Shown here piece after piece: positions 1 through 12,212 of a stretch of 64,000 nt of DNA. Position 1 is the first letter of the stretch. Each line of letters begins with the position of its first letter. Under the pieces are notes generated by a model. That model saw only the letters and a list, made by a program, of their open reading frames with translations, had not been told where the DNA came from and ran no database searches. Both the position numbers and the translations under genes were made by a program. This stretch comes from the human T2T-CHM13v2.0 reference genome, Homo sapiens, in assembly GCF_009914755.1 (NCBI RefSeq), contig NC_060931.1; one strand, 5' to 3'.

Positions 1-486
1 AAGAAAAAGGATTCCAATTGGAATTGGAAGGCCCTTCTAGGAGAGACCCCAGTAAACTCAAATCGAGTATTAAATAACCTGGGTAATATTTTATTTAGAA
101 ATTTAAACAGGAGTTAAATATTGGAGTATTCTCCGACGTTATCACACTGGAACTATTAGCCATCAGGTATTTTTGGACACAGTTGCCCCTCTGCCACGGC
201 TGCCACTCAGAATGATATGCCTTTGTTCACAAGAAAAGTAAATATGGGGTTATGTTGTTAAAGGTTATTGGAAACTGGCATTTAAAAAAGCTCAAAAACT
301 CGTGATCATGTATTAAACATTTAATAATTGACCATAGGGAGGGATTCTTAAAACAGCAATTTTTTACATTTTTTAGGTGCCTCTTTATTTTGAATGCTCT
401 CCATGTTGATGAAATTCATTCTTTATCAAGATGTAAAATATGTAATTTATTGTGGCCTCTGGTTGCTCTATGTGAATTGAGGATAC

Positions 487-770
487 TTTTTTTTTTTTGT
501 TAAGGGAAAGAGGGAGTCTGGCTCTGTCGCCCAGGCTGGAGTGCGGTGTGGTGTGATCATAGCTCACTGCAACCTCTTAACTCCTGGGCTCAAGCAGCTC
601 TCCCTCCTCAGCCTCCTGTAGCTAGGACTACAGGCATGTGACACCATTCCTGGCTATTTTTTACATTTTTTGTGGAGACAAGGTCTATGTTGGCCAGGCT
701 GGTCACGAGTCCCTCGTCCCCAGGGATCTTCCTGCCTAAGCCTCCCACAATGCTGGGACGGTGCCTGGTC
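487..770 (-). mobile_element. AluJ-like SINE (degenerate)
   Basis: Poly-T then gtcgcccaggctggagtg...; TSD-like tgaggata on both sides. Confidence 0.85.
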
Positions 771-2529
771 TGAGGATATTTCTTACCACTGTGTTTCAGC
801 TTTTCCTCATCTGAATCAAACATTTGAATTCTTTCTAGAAGGTATTTATTTTATTCTATTACCCTTTTGTTGATGAAATGGAAAAGTTTGAAAGCTAAAG
901 TTTGAAAGTTATAATGATGTTAGTAATGGCCTAGATCACGCACAAACCTTTAATCCCGTCTAAAGTTTCTGGGCAAGCCTCCTTCCCTCTTTGTGCTTAT
1001 AGTACCTATACAGGCCTCTGGTGGCTGTATGGGGATTGCCTTTTAAATTTTGCTTCAGGGCTCATTTGTGACCTTTCATCAGCTTTATTGCTGCTACCTT
1101 TTCACTATTTTAGTAGAAAAGATCCATTTCACCACTGAATTTTAGCATATGTAAACAAGTGGAAAATAATTCTTTGATTAATTTATAACACAATACATGC
1201 TTTGAATATCTTTGGAAGTGTGTGCTAGAACTTGTTAACTGTGGTTACCTCAGAAGTGGAGCTGGGGAAAGGTATGGGGGTGAGATTTACTTTTTAAAAC
1301 TTTAACTTGGTCCTATGTGAATGTTTTACTTGTTTAATAAACAATGAATAAATAATAGTTGAGTAGAAGAGATGGAAAATTACACAAACTTTTGCTTACT
1401 TAACAAGCCACTTACCTAACTAGTATTTTTAAATGACATCTAAAAGAAATGGGATTCAAATGAGGTCTCCACTATGTAACCAAATTGTCATTATTACTTT
1501 AATGAGTTTTCTATTTAAACTCTTTATTTTTTTTATGTTAGTGGAGAGTTTTAGGAAGCTAATAAAATTGACTTCTTTTATACAGGTATGTCATAGCACT
1601 TAATTTAAAGAGAATATTTTTAAGAAAGAACAAAACCTTGTTAGTAAGCCCTCTAGAAATAAGTACTTTATGTGCCTAGAGTGCCATCTCTTTCGTGGTA
1701 CTTAGGATCACAGTGTGGGTGGGTGAGTTTGACCTAAATATCAGGCATTCATACAGGGTTCTTTTTCTTGATACATATATATGTGTATTTTTTTTCTTTC
1801 CCTCGAATCTTAGAAATCATTAATACTGATGAGTTAAGGGAGCAGAGTAAGAGCTGCATAGGAGGAATACTCTTAGAAATAGGCTATGAAAAAGAAAAAC
1901 TGTGAATTGACTTGTGAATAAATGTTAATAAAATTAATCAGATGACACTCATCTGTTGCCATTACTTCAGTCATAAAAACGAGGAAGATAGATCCAGAAA
2001 TAGAGTGTGATGTCATAGGTCTTTGTTTATTCCTGTCCTAAGCACTCCAAGAAATTTTGAGATTTTGGCTTCATTGCTTAATCTTTATGCTTTACTACTT
2101 TGGCACCACGCAAGCAAATCTGAAGGCCACTTGCTTGCTGTGTTAATTTAAAAATCTGCTAAATTCTCTGTTTTGATTTTAAAAAAGACAACTCCGTTAA
2201 AAAAAAAAATCCAGCCCAACAGTAACAGGCTTAAATTTGGAGCATTAAAAAAAAACCGTTAAGGTGGTGACGTTTGAACATACGAACTTTGATTTTACTG
2301 AAAGGGAATTAGGTTCAGAGGTTAATCAGGTGACTCACGGTCACTTTTGGGGCAGAATTCGGGACTTAATTTAACTCAGTGCTGAATTGTAGTTTATGAC
2401 TTGGCAGTCCTTTTATTAATACAAAATCCCTAAGTGACTGTATATTTATTCCTGAAGTTAATGAAGTTTAAAGAAAGATTCTAGTTTTTAAAAAGAAGAT
2501 TTTATTTTTTTAGTAACAGCATTGGTACT

Positions 2530-2822
2530 TTTTTTTTTTTGAGACAGAATTTTACTCTTGTCCACAGGCAGGCAGTGCAATGGTGCTATCTCGGCTCACT
2601 GCAGTCTGTGCCACCTGGGTTCAAGTGATTCTGTGCCTCAGCCTCCCAATTAGCTGGGATTACAAGCGCCTGCCACCAGGGCCAGCTAATTTTTGTATTT
2701 TTAGTAGAGACTGGGTTTCGCCATGTTGGCCAGGCTGGTCTCCAACTCCTGACCTCAGGTGATCTGCCGGCCTCAGCCTCCCAAAGTGCTGGGATTATAA
2801 GTGTGAGCCACCGCACCCGGCC
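2530..2822 (-). mobile_element. AluS SINE
   Basis: Full dimer, TSD agcattggtactt. Confidence 0.93.
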
Positions 2823-3093
2823 AGCATTGGTACTTTTAAACTCTTGCACATTGTAGAAACTTTCCCTTAAAGGTAGTTTATCTGATAGGCTTTTATACTA
2901 TATCAAATACCAAAACTTCTATTTTAAGCCTTTTTTGTCTTCTCTCACTTCAAGTTGTCTTTAAAACTACCCTGCCTTAACTCCTTAATTCCCCTTAACA
3001 TAAGACATGTGTAACCTAAAAACCCATTCACCAGTTCATGTTTGCTAAGTCCAGCCATTCTCATTGGAAAATATATTTGTCTTATTCTTATGA

Positions 3094-3516
<423 letters not shown>

Positions 3517-3526
3517 TGAGTGCGTC

Positions 3527-3842
3527 GGCTGGGCTCAGTGGCTCACACCTGTAATCTCAGCACTTTGGGAGGCCGAAGTGGGTGGATCACGAGGTCAGGA
3601 GTTCGAGACCAGCCTGACCAACATGGTGAAACCCTGTCTCTACTAAAAATACACAAAAAATTTGTCAGGCGTGGTGGTGTGCGCCTGTAATCCCAGCTAC
3701 TCAGGAGGCCGAGGCAGGAGAATTGCTCGAACCCAGGAGGTGGAGGTTACAGTGAGCCAAGATTGTGCCACTGCACTGCAGCCAGGGCGACAGGGAGGCT
3801 CTGTCTCAAAAAAACAAAAAAAACAAAACAAAACAAAAAAAA
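3527..3842 (+). mobile_element. AluS SINE
   Basis: ggctgggctcagtggctcac... through an A-rich tail. Confidence 0.93.
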
Positions 3843-4087
3843 GAATGCCTCTTGTTAGAGGACTGATGCGTATAGTTGATGTATCATTGGTGCTTTGAAA
3901 TACGTAATTAGGTGAACTTAGTTTAAGAATATTTAAGTATGTTCACTTGTGATAAAATCTCTTTTTATAAAATGAGTCTGTGGTTTTATTACTGGATTTC
4001 TCTTTAAGTAAACTTAAAAATTCCAAAGTTAAATATTTAGGTATATGGCAAGAAAATAATTTACCTCTTTCCTCTTTTACCTAATAG

Positions 4088-4192
4088 GTGGCCAGCATCG
4101 AAATGTTCAGCCTTTTAGTGATGAAGATGCATCAATTGAAACAATGAGCCATTGCAGTGGTTATAGCGATCCTTCCAGTTTTGCTGAAGATG
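4088..4192 (+). CDS. IFRD1: IFRD1 coding exon 2 (105 nt; GGQHRNVQPFSDEDASIETMSHCSGYSDPSSFAED)
   Basis: Pyrimidine tract + taatag acceptor, G|gtatga donor. Translation matches the IFRD1 N-terminal region as I know it. Contains an in-frame Met (ACAATGA, 4144) usable as a downstream start. Confidence 0.96.
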
Positions 4193-4326
4193 GTATGAGT
4201 TTTAAATTTAAATTTGCAACTTTAGATAAAATGTTTCAGGTGGAGGAATTCTTGTAGCTAAAGTATACTATTATTCCCTGTTTTTTTTCTTTTAAATTAC
4301 GATGGCTGTTTTATATTATTTCTTAG

Positions 4327-4411
4327 GACCAGAAGTCCTTGATGAGGAAGGAACTCAAGAAGACCTAGAGTACAAGTTGAAGGGATTAATTGACCTAACC
4401 CTGGATAAGAG
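4327..4411 (+). CDS. IFRD1: IFRD1 coding exon 3 (85 nt; GPEVLDEEGTQEDLEYKLKGLIDLTLDK)
   Basis: ttcttag acceptor, AG|gtaggc donor, phase 1 to 2, in frame with exon 2. Confidence 0.96.
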
Positions 4412-5238
4412 GTAGGCAATACTGGAAACTCCATTCTGTGTGAGTCTATGCTTGATCTTAGTCAAAAGCTAAGAGAAATGATTATTCTGTGTGATTCTAA
4501 TCAGTTACCTTACATGTATATAATTTGTGCAGCTCTCAGATAATAGCAATATATTTTTCCTAAAGGTTAATTTGTTTACTTTGGATGTTTCTTATTCCGT
4601 TGGACTTTAATGTGGGTAGTAACATGCCATTAGAATTTAGATTGAGTCAGATTAGTCATTATTCTAGCATAATAGCACATACATAGCTGTATTTGATTAT
4701 AATAGAAATGAATTTGTTGAATTAAAAGTTAATCTTCAACTAGAAATGATAACGAAACCTTGCTTTAAGCTGCTTGTCCACTAATGTTATGATATGAAAA
4801 AATGTCAAAGCTAGATTGTTTCTTTTCACTATAGCTTCAGAACTGACCTTAATAGAATTAAAAAGCCCTGAAGATGCAATTCTAGACTTTTATAGTTTTA
4901 AAAAAAGTGTAAATTTACTTAAATATGTAATATAGGAAAACAATACATTAAAACTATACTTGTACATTGAAACGATAAAATATTATGTAAGCATTTAAAG
5001 TTGTGGCTATCAAACTAAGAAAAATGCCATGATATAAAGCAGCCTTAAGTGTTTTGTGTAATAAGGTGAGTCATAGATGGAAATTAAATTATATTATTGA
5101 CAAATGGTTAGAGCTTGATGAGAATTAGATTTAAAAAATCTATACATAGGTAAAGTTTAGAAGGAAATAAGATTTTAAAAAGTTATTTATTGTATACTCC
5201 AACTGGATCTTCTTTCTCTTACATTGGGTGTTAAATAG

Positions 5239-5363
5239 TGCGAAGACAAGGCAAGCAGCTCTTGAAGGTATTAAAAATGCACTGGCTTCAAAAATGCTGT
5301 ATGAATTTATTCTGGAAAGGAGAATGACTTTAACTGATAGCATTGAACGCTGCCTGAAAAAAG
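5239..5363 (+). CDS. IFRD1: IFRD1 coding exon 4 (125 nt; SAKTRQAALEGIKNALASKMLYEFILERRMTLTDSIERCLKK)
   Basis: aaatag acceptor, AAG|gtaatg donor, frame-consistent. Confidence 0.96.
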
Positions 5364-5921
5364 GTAATGCCCTTATTTTTGAGTCACAGACGTACAACTA
5401 ATAAGGAGTGTGTTATCTTCTTTTCAGTAACATTTAGTAATAGCACTGGAACACTGGCCCACTCTTAAAATTTTCTAATAGTCAAGGAGTGCACCATCTT
5501 GTTATGGCTCAAAATGAGACTTGTTAGAACTTTGTTTTTGTATTACGTAAACCAAAAAAAAATAGTTTGAAACTAAGAAGGATTAGGGTAGATTGTCATC
5601 AACCTTTTTTGTATCAGAAGAGGTGATGGTCATTCTCTTGTTATACCAGAAAAGCTTGAAAGTGTGTGTCAGACATCTAGCTCATTTTCCCTTGCACTTA
5701 TATAAAACATTGATTGTACCTGTAAATTACATCATTTTCAGGATATCCCTTGGAATACTTGAATTCTAGAACTTTGTAATAGAAATTCTGGAATTCAAAT
5801 TGTTACAGTGATAGAACTTTTAAGACCAAAGAGAAATCTTAAAGATAATTTTATCAGACCTTAAAGTCCAGTGTTAGTAGGCTTACTAGATTTAGGAACC
5901 ACCAAATTTAAAAAGACTTGT

Positions 5922-6060
5922 GACTCGGCATGGTGGTTCACATCTGTAATTGTGGCACTTTGGGAGACCGAGGTGGGAGGATTGCTGGAAGCCAGGAGTT
6001 GGAGACCACCTGGGCAACAAAGCGATACTTGGTTTCTATTATAACAAACAAAACAAAACG
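5922..6060 (+). mobile_element. Free left Alu monomer (FLAM-like)
   Basis: Left-arm sequence followed by an (AAAC)n tail. Confidence 0.75.
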
Positions 6061-6598
6061 AGATTTGGTGTCTGCCAACTTATTCAGCCAAGTAAGAACA
6101 TTATGAAAATAATTATCCTCCACTATCATTATTTTATTAGCAAAATATTATAGCACCAAAAATGTAGAAATGCACTTTTAAAAAATTGAATGAACTAATA
6201 AGCTTTATATCCTTATTTTTCTCATTTTACCTGAGAGTAAAAATTTTGTTGTAAGTGAAACCTTTGATCAAATTCACTCTTCCATTGAATAGAATAAAGA
6301 AAGGCCTAGGAAAACTGAGGTGGGTCTAAGCTGATATATCTTGTTATTGGTATAGTTGATAGCAGACCCAACTTTTTAAAGATAACACAATGGCGCTATT
6401 AAAGGTGTTTTACATTCAAACTATATGCTATAATGGTTGTTGGACTAGATGACCTTTAAAAATTCCATTTTAGTTTGCGTATTTTTTACATTTTTAATTT
6501 ATCAGGTAATAATTTAAGCTCAGTATTTGCCCCACACTTGTGGTGTATACAGTTCTCAAGAGTTAATTTATATGTACCTTTATATAAATGTATTTTTT

Positions 6599-6668
6599 GT
6601 ACCACTGCATTCCAGCTTGGGCGACAGAGTGAGACCCTGTCTCAAAAAAAAAAAAAAATAAATAAAGT
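6599..6668 (+). mobile_element. 5'-truncated Alu (3' ~45 nt + A tail)
   Basis: ccactgcattccagcttgggcgacagagtgagaccctgtctc(A)n flanked by TSD ataaatgtatttttt. Confidence 0.85.
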
Positions 6669-6889
6669 TAATAAATGTATTTTTTACGGTTTTAAAGAGT
6701 TATTTTTAATCCCGTATTTATTTTTAAAAATGTTGGTAGGGAAACCCTGAAGGTTTACCTAATGGACTGTGTACATCCGAAATGCTTAGGGGATTAATTC
6801 AAGGGCAATTTGAGCACTGTTTATATGAGTACATTAAGGAGTTTGAAGATAGAAATTGGCTTGAAACACATTTAGTTGAACTGTTAAAA

Positions 6890-7035
6890 TAATCCCTTAA
6901 GATAGATACTAATCTCCATTTTACAGATGAGGAATTCTATTTAGAGAATAAGAGTAACTAATCGATGATCATTTGGCTAATAAGTGGGATCTAGGATTTG
7001 AGTGAGGTCTGTTTCTATAGTTTGAGCTCTTTAGC
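6890..7035 (-). mobile_element. MIR fragment
   Basis: Core motif ccattttacagatgaggaa. Confidence 0.6.
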
Positions 7036-7185
7036 CTAAGTTTGTAACTTACATCAAAGCCTGGAGCATGGGGTTTCAAAAATGGTAAATGCTATTTTGT
7101 CATTGATCAAATTTGGGAAATAACTGTCTTAGTAAGTTAGTCTACTGAAAAGACTATCGTGATTGCATCTTGGCTGCTTTTATAG

Positions 7186-7343
7186 GTAAGAGTGATGAGC
7201 AACGTGCAGCTGCAGCGTTAGCATCTGTTCTTTGTATTCAGCTGGGCCCTGGAATTGAAAGTGAAGAGATTTTGAAAACTCTTGGACCAATCCTAAAGAA
7301 AATCATTTGTGATGGGTCAGCTAGTATGCAGGCTAGGCAAACT
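7186..7343 (+). CDS. IFRD1: IFRD1 coding exon 5 (158 nt; GKSDEQRAAAALASVLCIQLGPGIESEEILKTLGPILKKIICDGSASMQARQT)
   Basis: ttttatag acceptor, ACT|gtaagt donor; overlaps ORF 7170..7370. Confidence 0.97.
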
Positions 7344-7389
7344 GTAAGTATAAGATATTTACATTTATAGATCTGTCTATTCATGACAC

Positions 7390-7557
7390 CCAGACGTGGT
7401 GCGCCTGTACTGTACCAGCTACTCAAGAGGCTGAGGCAAGAGAGAGGATCTTTGTAAGTCCAGGAGTTTGAGGCAGCGGTGAGCTATAATCATGCCACTG
7501 AACTGTAGCCTGGGAGACAAAGCTACACACTGTATTTTAACAACAACAACAAAAAAG
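7390..7557 (+). mobile_element. Alu right monomer (FRAM/AluJ-like)
   Basis: ccagctactcaagaggctgaggca... with (AAC)n tail. Confidence 0.75.
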
Positions 7558-8564
7558 ATAATTCTATATTTATGGATTTGGGTAGACATAGGAAACTGAA
7601 ATTCTGATTTGTGAAAGTCTTCTAATTTTGGGGTTTGAGAAAGCTTTCATTCTCTAATTGTTGGATGTTTACCTCTTGCAACACTTGACTTTAGATTTTG
7701 GGTTTTGGGGGTTTTATTTTTTGTTTTTGGTGCGGTAATAAGTGATACAAGTGATCATATGGAGATGTTTTACTGTGTCACAGAAAACAGAAGACACTGA
7801 GGTGGTCTTAGTGGATTTGGAAAAATAACATGTGATCCTAAGCTGTTTTTTTAAACAAGTGAATCAGTTTAAGCTTGAAACATTTTAATACTTTTAATAT
7901 TGATTATCCAAATCCAGCTTCCTTGTTAGTATTACTTAAGGTAAGTAATAATGTTACTTAAGGTAAGTAACATTAATCTTTGTCTAAGTAGCTTGGTAAA
8001 AATTTATTTCTTCTTCTTATCATCACCACCCAATGTAAATTGGCTGGAACCCCAGGCCTCCACTGCAGCTCTGCCCACCTCTAGGTTCTCTCGATATGGC
8101 AGCCAGGGTAGCTAGGTGACAGACTCAGCCAGAGCACATCACTTTTGCATCTAGTTCCTTGGCTTACCAGCCACCTGGAGGCTGGGAATAGTCTAGCTGT
8201 TTGCCCTGGAGGCAAAGAAATTGGAGTTTGGCAACTTCATAGTAATCTCTGTGCCCTCCAGTAGTTAGTAATTCTGAAATATTTAATTAGCTTTTGCTAC
8301 TTAACTTTTTCTTTTCTTCTTTTTGGGTGAATATGTGCAGCTTTTAAATCATGTGGAACTATTGGTATAATTTCATGCTAGAATGACAGAAAACACTCTG
8401 CTGGGTAGATTTTTGGAGCAGTCACTTAATTTTGATTGTATGTAAGTTTTTTTGTCATTTAAAGACTTTTTTTTCCATACTTCCGAGTTGCTGTGAATTT
8501 TTAAAAAACCTTAGCCTCCCCATTTAGCAGATGGAATCCATATTAAATTGAGGCAGTCCTAGGG

Positions 8565-8866
8565 TTTTTTTTTTTTTTTTTTTTTTTGACAAGGTCTCAC
8601 TCTGTTACCCAGGCTGGAGTACAGTAGCACAATCATGGCTCACTGCAGCCTCCACCTCCTGGGCTCAGGTTATCCTCCTGCCTCAGCCTCCTGAGTAGCT
8701 GGGACTATAGGCATGTACCACCATGTCTGGCTCGCTTTTAATATTTTGTAGAGATGGGTCTTGCTGTATTGCCCAGGCTGGCCTTGAGCTCCTGGGCTCA
8801 AGTGATCCTCCTGCTTTGGTCTCTCAAAAGTGTTGAGATTATGGGTGTGAGCCACCGCACCCAGCC
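8565..8866 (-). mobile_element. AluJ SINE
   Basis: Full dimer, TSD cagtcctag. Confidence 0.9.
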
Positions 8867-10189
8867 AGTCCTAGTTCTTTAATTGGCTGTTTTTCTTAGA
8901 GTCATCAAAAGGAACGATGTAGCCTTGCTTCTGCTGCTTGCTTAGCAGTAGGGATTATGGATTGAAAATTTCCTTTAATGCTTAGGCTACTTTTAGATTT
9001 TAACAGTGTCCAATTTTTACTAGGATGATATAATGACAATAAAATAGTGATACCAAGCAGATTAATATCACAGATATCCTCATAGTACTGGAACAGAACT
9101 GGCTAAAACCTGGGCCTGATACCAATGGTGACTTTAAAGACTTAAAGCTTTAATAATGCTTAGAACAACATGAGGGAATTTTAGTGACAAAATGTGGAGA
9201 AAGGGGAAATGGAGAATAATAAAATCTCAGATTACAAATTCTATTTTTATATGGATTAATTTGTTAAAACAAATGTTCTGAGAATTGAAGGCTTCTGTTT
9301 ATGTTGCAAGTAGATGGCTTGTGTAAGTGTTGTGTTCTGAGTATGTTTTATTCGATAAGCTTTACCTTTGTAATCATATACTATACTCACTTTTGTTTAG
9401 CCCTTCCCCTCCCCAAACAAAAGGCAATTATATGATTCCCAGCCTCTTTTCAGCATAATCCAGAATAAGTGAAATCTGAGTTAATGGGATTAATTAATTA
9501 ATTAGGTGGGAAGTTTGAAGACAATTATTTACATTTTATGAAATTTCTGCTCCTGTGTGCTTATTTCTTGGAAGCTGATTTCTTTTAGAAGTTTTCATAG
9601 TAGAGTCTTCATAAGAACAAAAGAATATAGTTGTAACAGCTTAAAAACCAATGGAATTGTAATGTGTTTTAAAGGCTTTTTGATAGAGGGTAGGCTTCTT
9701 TAGCTCATATGCCTAAGCTTTCTATCTTTGAATTACAGTTGAAGTTTAATGATCTAGTAAGCACCTGTAAAGCATACAGAAAGGAAACAAGGGGATAGTT
9801 CACCCTTTCAGAATGCTTTACTGACATAGACTCATAAAAATGATTCAATAATTTAAATTATAGATTATGGAGCTGCAATTGTTTCAGAAATTATGTAATT
9901 CTTTTGCATGCTTTTGATTTTGTGGATCAATAAAAGAAGACTGAAGAGGAACAGAATCACTTTGTTAAAGTCATGCTGTGAATTTAGTAGCAGAGCTTGA
10001 GCTGAAACGCACTTCCTTTGATCTTAGTTCAATATTCTTTCTCTCCTCACCTCTTTTATGTATAATGTTTGGGACCTAATATATTATGCTGCTGAGAACA
10101 TTTTCACGTTGAATTATAAAAGCAGGAAGATGTAGAATTAATAAGAAATAAAATCATTAATGTCTATATATATATATATTTTTTTTTAG

Positions 10190-10240
10190 TGTGCAACTTG
10201 CTTTGGTGTTTGCTGTTTTATTGCCACAGATGACATTACT
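10190..10240 (+). CDS. IFRD1: IFRD1 coding exon 6 (51 nt; CATCFGVCCFIATDDIT)
   Basis: (TA)7T9AG acceptor, ACT|gtaagt donor, phase 0-0. Confidence 0.95.
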
Positions 10241-10324
10241 GTAAGTAAAAAACCTTTGATTCTAGTTATCTGCAGTTATTTCTAATTTAAGATGGTTATC
10301 TTACTTCATATTCTTATGCATTAG

Positions 10325-10503
10325 GAACTATACTCAACTCTGGAATGTTTGGAAAATATCTTCACTAAATCCTATCTCAAAGAGAAAGACACTACTGTTA
10401 TTTGCAGCACTCCTAATACAGTGCTTCATATCAGCTCTCTTCTTGCATGGACACTACTGCTGACCATATGCCCAATCAATGAAGTGAAGAAAAAGCTTGA
10501 GAT
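10325..10503 (+). CDS. IFRD1: IFRD1 coding exon 7 (179 nt; ELYSTLECLENIFTKSY...NEVKKKLEM)
   Basis: cattag acceptor after an 84-nt intron, AT|gtatgt donor; overlaps ORF 10349..10582. Confidence 0.96.
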
Positions 10504-10593
10504 GTATGTATTTTTAGTTTCATATTTTATAAAAGCAACATTTAGTGGACATAATTGGTTGTATTCACATAGTAATGACTAACTATTTTTTAG

Positions 10594-10702
10594 GCATTTC
10601 CATAAGCTTCCAAGCCTCCTCTCTTGTGATGATGTAAACATGAGAATAGCTGCTGGTGAATCTTTGGCACTTCTCTTTGAATTGGCCAGAGGAATAGAGA
10701 GT
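10594..10702 (+). CDS. IFRD1: IFRD1 coding exon 8 (109 nt; HFHKLPSLLSCDDVNMRIAAGESLALLFELARGIES)
   Basis: ttttttag acceptor after a 90-nt intron, AGT|gtaagt donor; contains the IFRD-family RIAAGE motif. Confidence 0.96.
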
Positions 10703-12111
10703 GTAAGTATCTAACTGGCAGAGGAAAAAGCTTGTGTCACAAGGCCCATTGTTCCATCATTACCTTGCAATTGAGAATTGGGCAATAACTTTGGAACATG
10801 GCCAGCTTGAGAACCCAGTGATTTATTTCCCTACTTCTTGGCAGTGGTGGTGTAATACTTTAGAGAGCAGAAACCAGTAGGGGTTGGTACAGCAGTGTTT
10901 GACTGTGGTTCATTATACTTAATTTTTGCTATCTATAGAACTGAAGTTTAGGGATCCTCATGGAGAGAGTTTTGTCTAATATAATCTTTATGAAACTGCT
11001 TGGATTTCTCAGATACCCAATACATCAAGCTAATGAAGGCATGTGATGCTTCATAATTAATATCAAACAAATGAATAAAATATTAAGTCAGCATAGGTTT
11101 GGGATGAGATGGGTTCAGTAACTTCTCTAAGCCAAAGATGGAAATAAACACTGCTCATTAGACTGGGACATGTGCTTTGCAGTTACCCATTCACTTGTCC
11201 ACTCACAGATGTTAGTTACCATGGCTTGGCTCTCGAAGGGATTTGAGTTTGTGATAGTTTGATCAGTCGACCCAATTTGCTTTGTACCTGTTTTTGGTTT
11301 AGCACTTACCATCTTATGTTCCAGGAAATCCTTTATCTCGGGCAAACTGGGTCATTTGGTAACCCTAATTTGTCATCTCTATTTTAAGGATTGCTAAGAG
11401 AAAGGAATGCCTCAAATCTTACCATTGGAAGGGAGAATGTATTCTTAAGATATGTGATTCAGATACTGTGCTGATATTTAGAAATGAGGAGCAGGTTTGA
11501 CTGTCTTCACACTGAATCTGTGAAGGATCCAATAAGAAAACTCAAATATATGGGAAATGGGTAACTAAATAGTAGATATTATTGCCAACCTTGAATTACT
11601 TACTAGATGCTTTTTAATTTAAGGAGAAAGAATATATTTTCATTCTGAAACTTTTTTGCATTTAAAGAAGTTATTTAACAGTGAACGGTTCCAAACAGGA
11701 TTAATACAGTTCTGCCATGTATAGTCATTCATATTCCATTCTAGGCCTGTATTGAAGGAAGTTTACAGTCTTAAAATTTTTATGTGTAAAGTGGCTCTCT
11801 CCAACTCCCCTACACTCCTTTTGTTTGAGGGATAGTAGGTAGGAATGGAAAGTAAGTTAATGTTGTCAGTAGCTAATAATTCTCCTTATGTGAGAAATTG
11901 GACTCAAATTTAGCAATCAATTTAATTTTATTGAGCTAGTTAATAGCTTCTTAACCTCAACGCATGGAAACCAGATGTCCCAATTTTTAATCTTACATTC
12001 CTCTACTGGCCAGAAATGGCAGTTTCTTTTCTTTTTTTTCCTTGGAAATGCATTTTTAAAATGAAGTCATAATGCAGTTTAAATTATACATGTTGAATTT
12101 GTTTAAGTTTG

Positions 12112-12171
12112 TATAAACATATATATAGACACATACATACATGTATATACATATACATATATATATACATT

Positions 12172-12204
<33 letters not shown>

Positions 12205-12212
12205 CCCCCCAC
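12112..12212. repeat. Compound (TA)n/(CA)n microsatellite
   Basis: Directly visible. Confidence 0.9.

Noticed and set aside
10504-10593. Intron 7 as a U12-type intron
   Set aside because: The donor is GTATGTAT, not GTATCCTT, and the branch motif is not TCCTTAAC.
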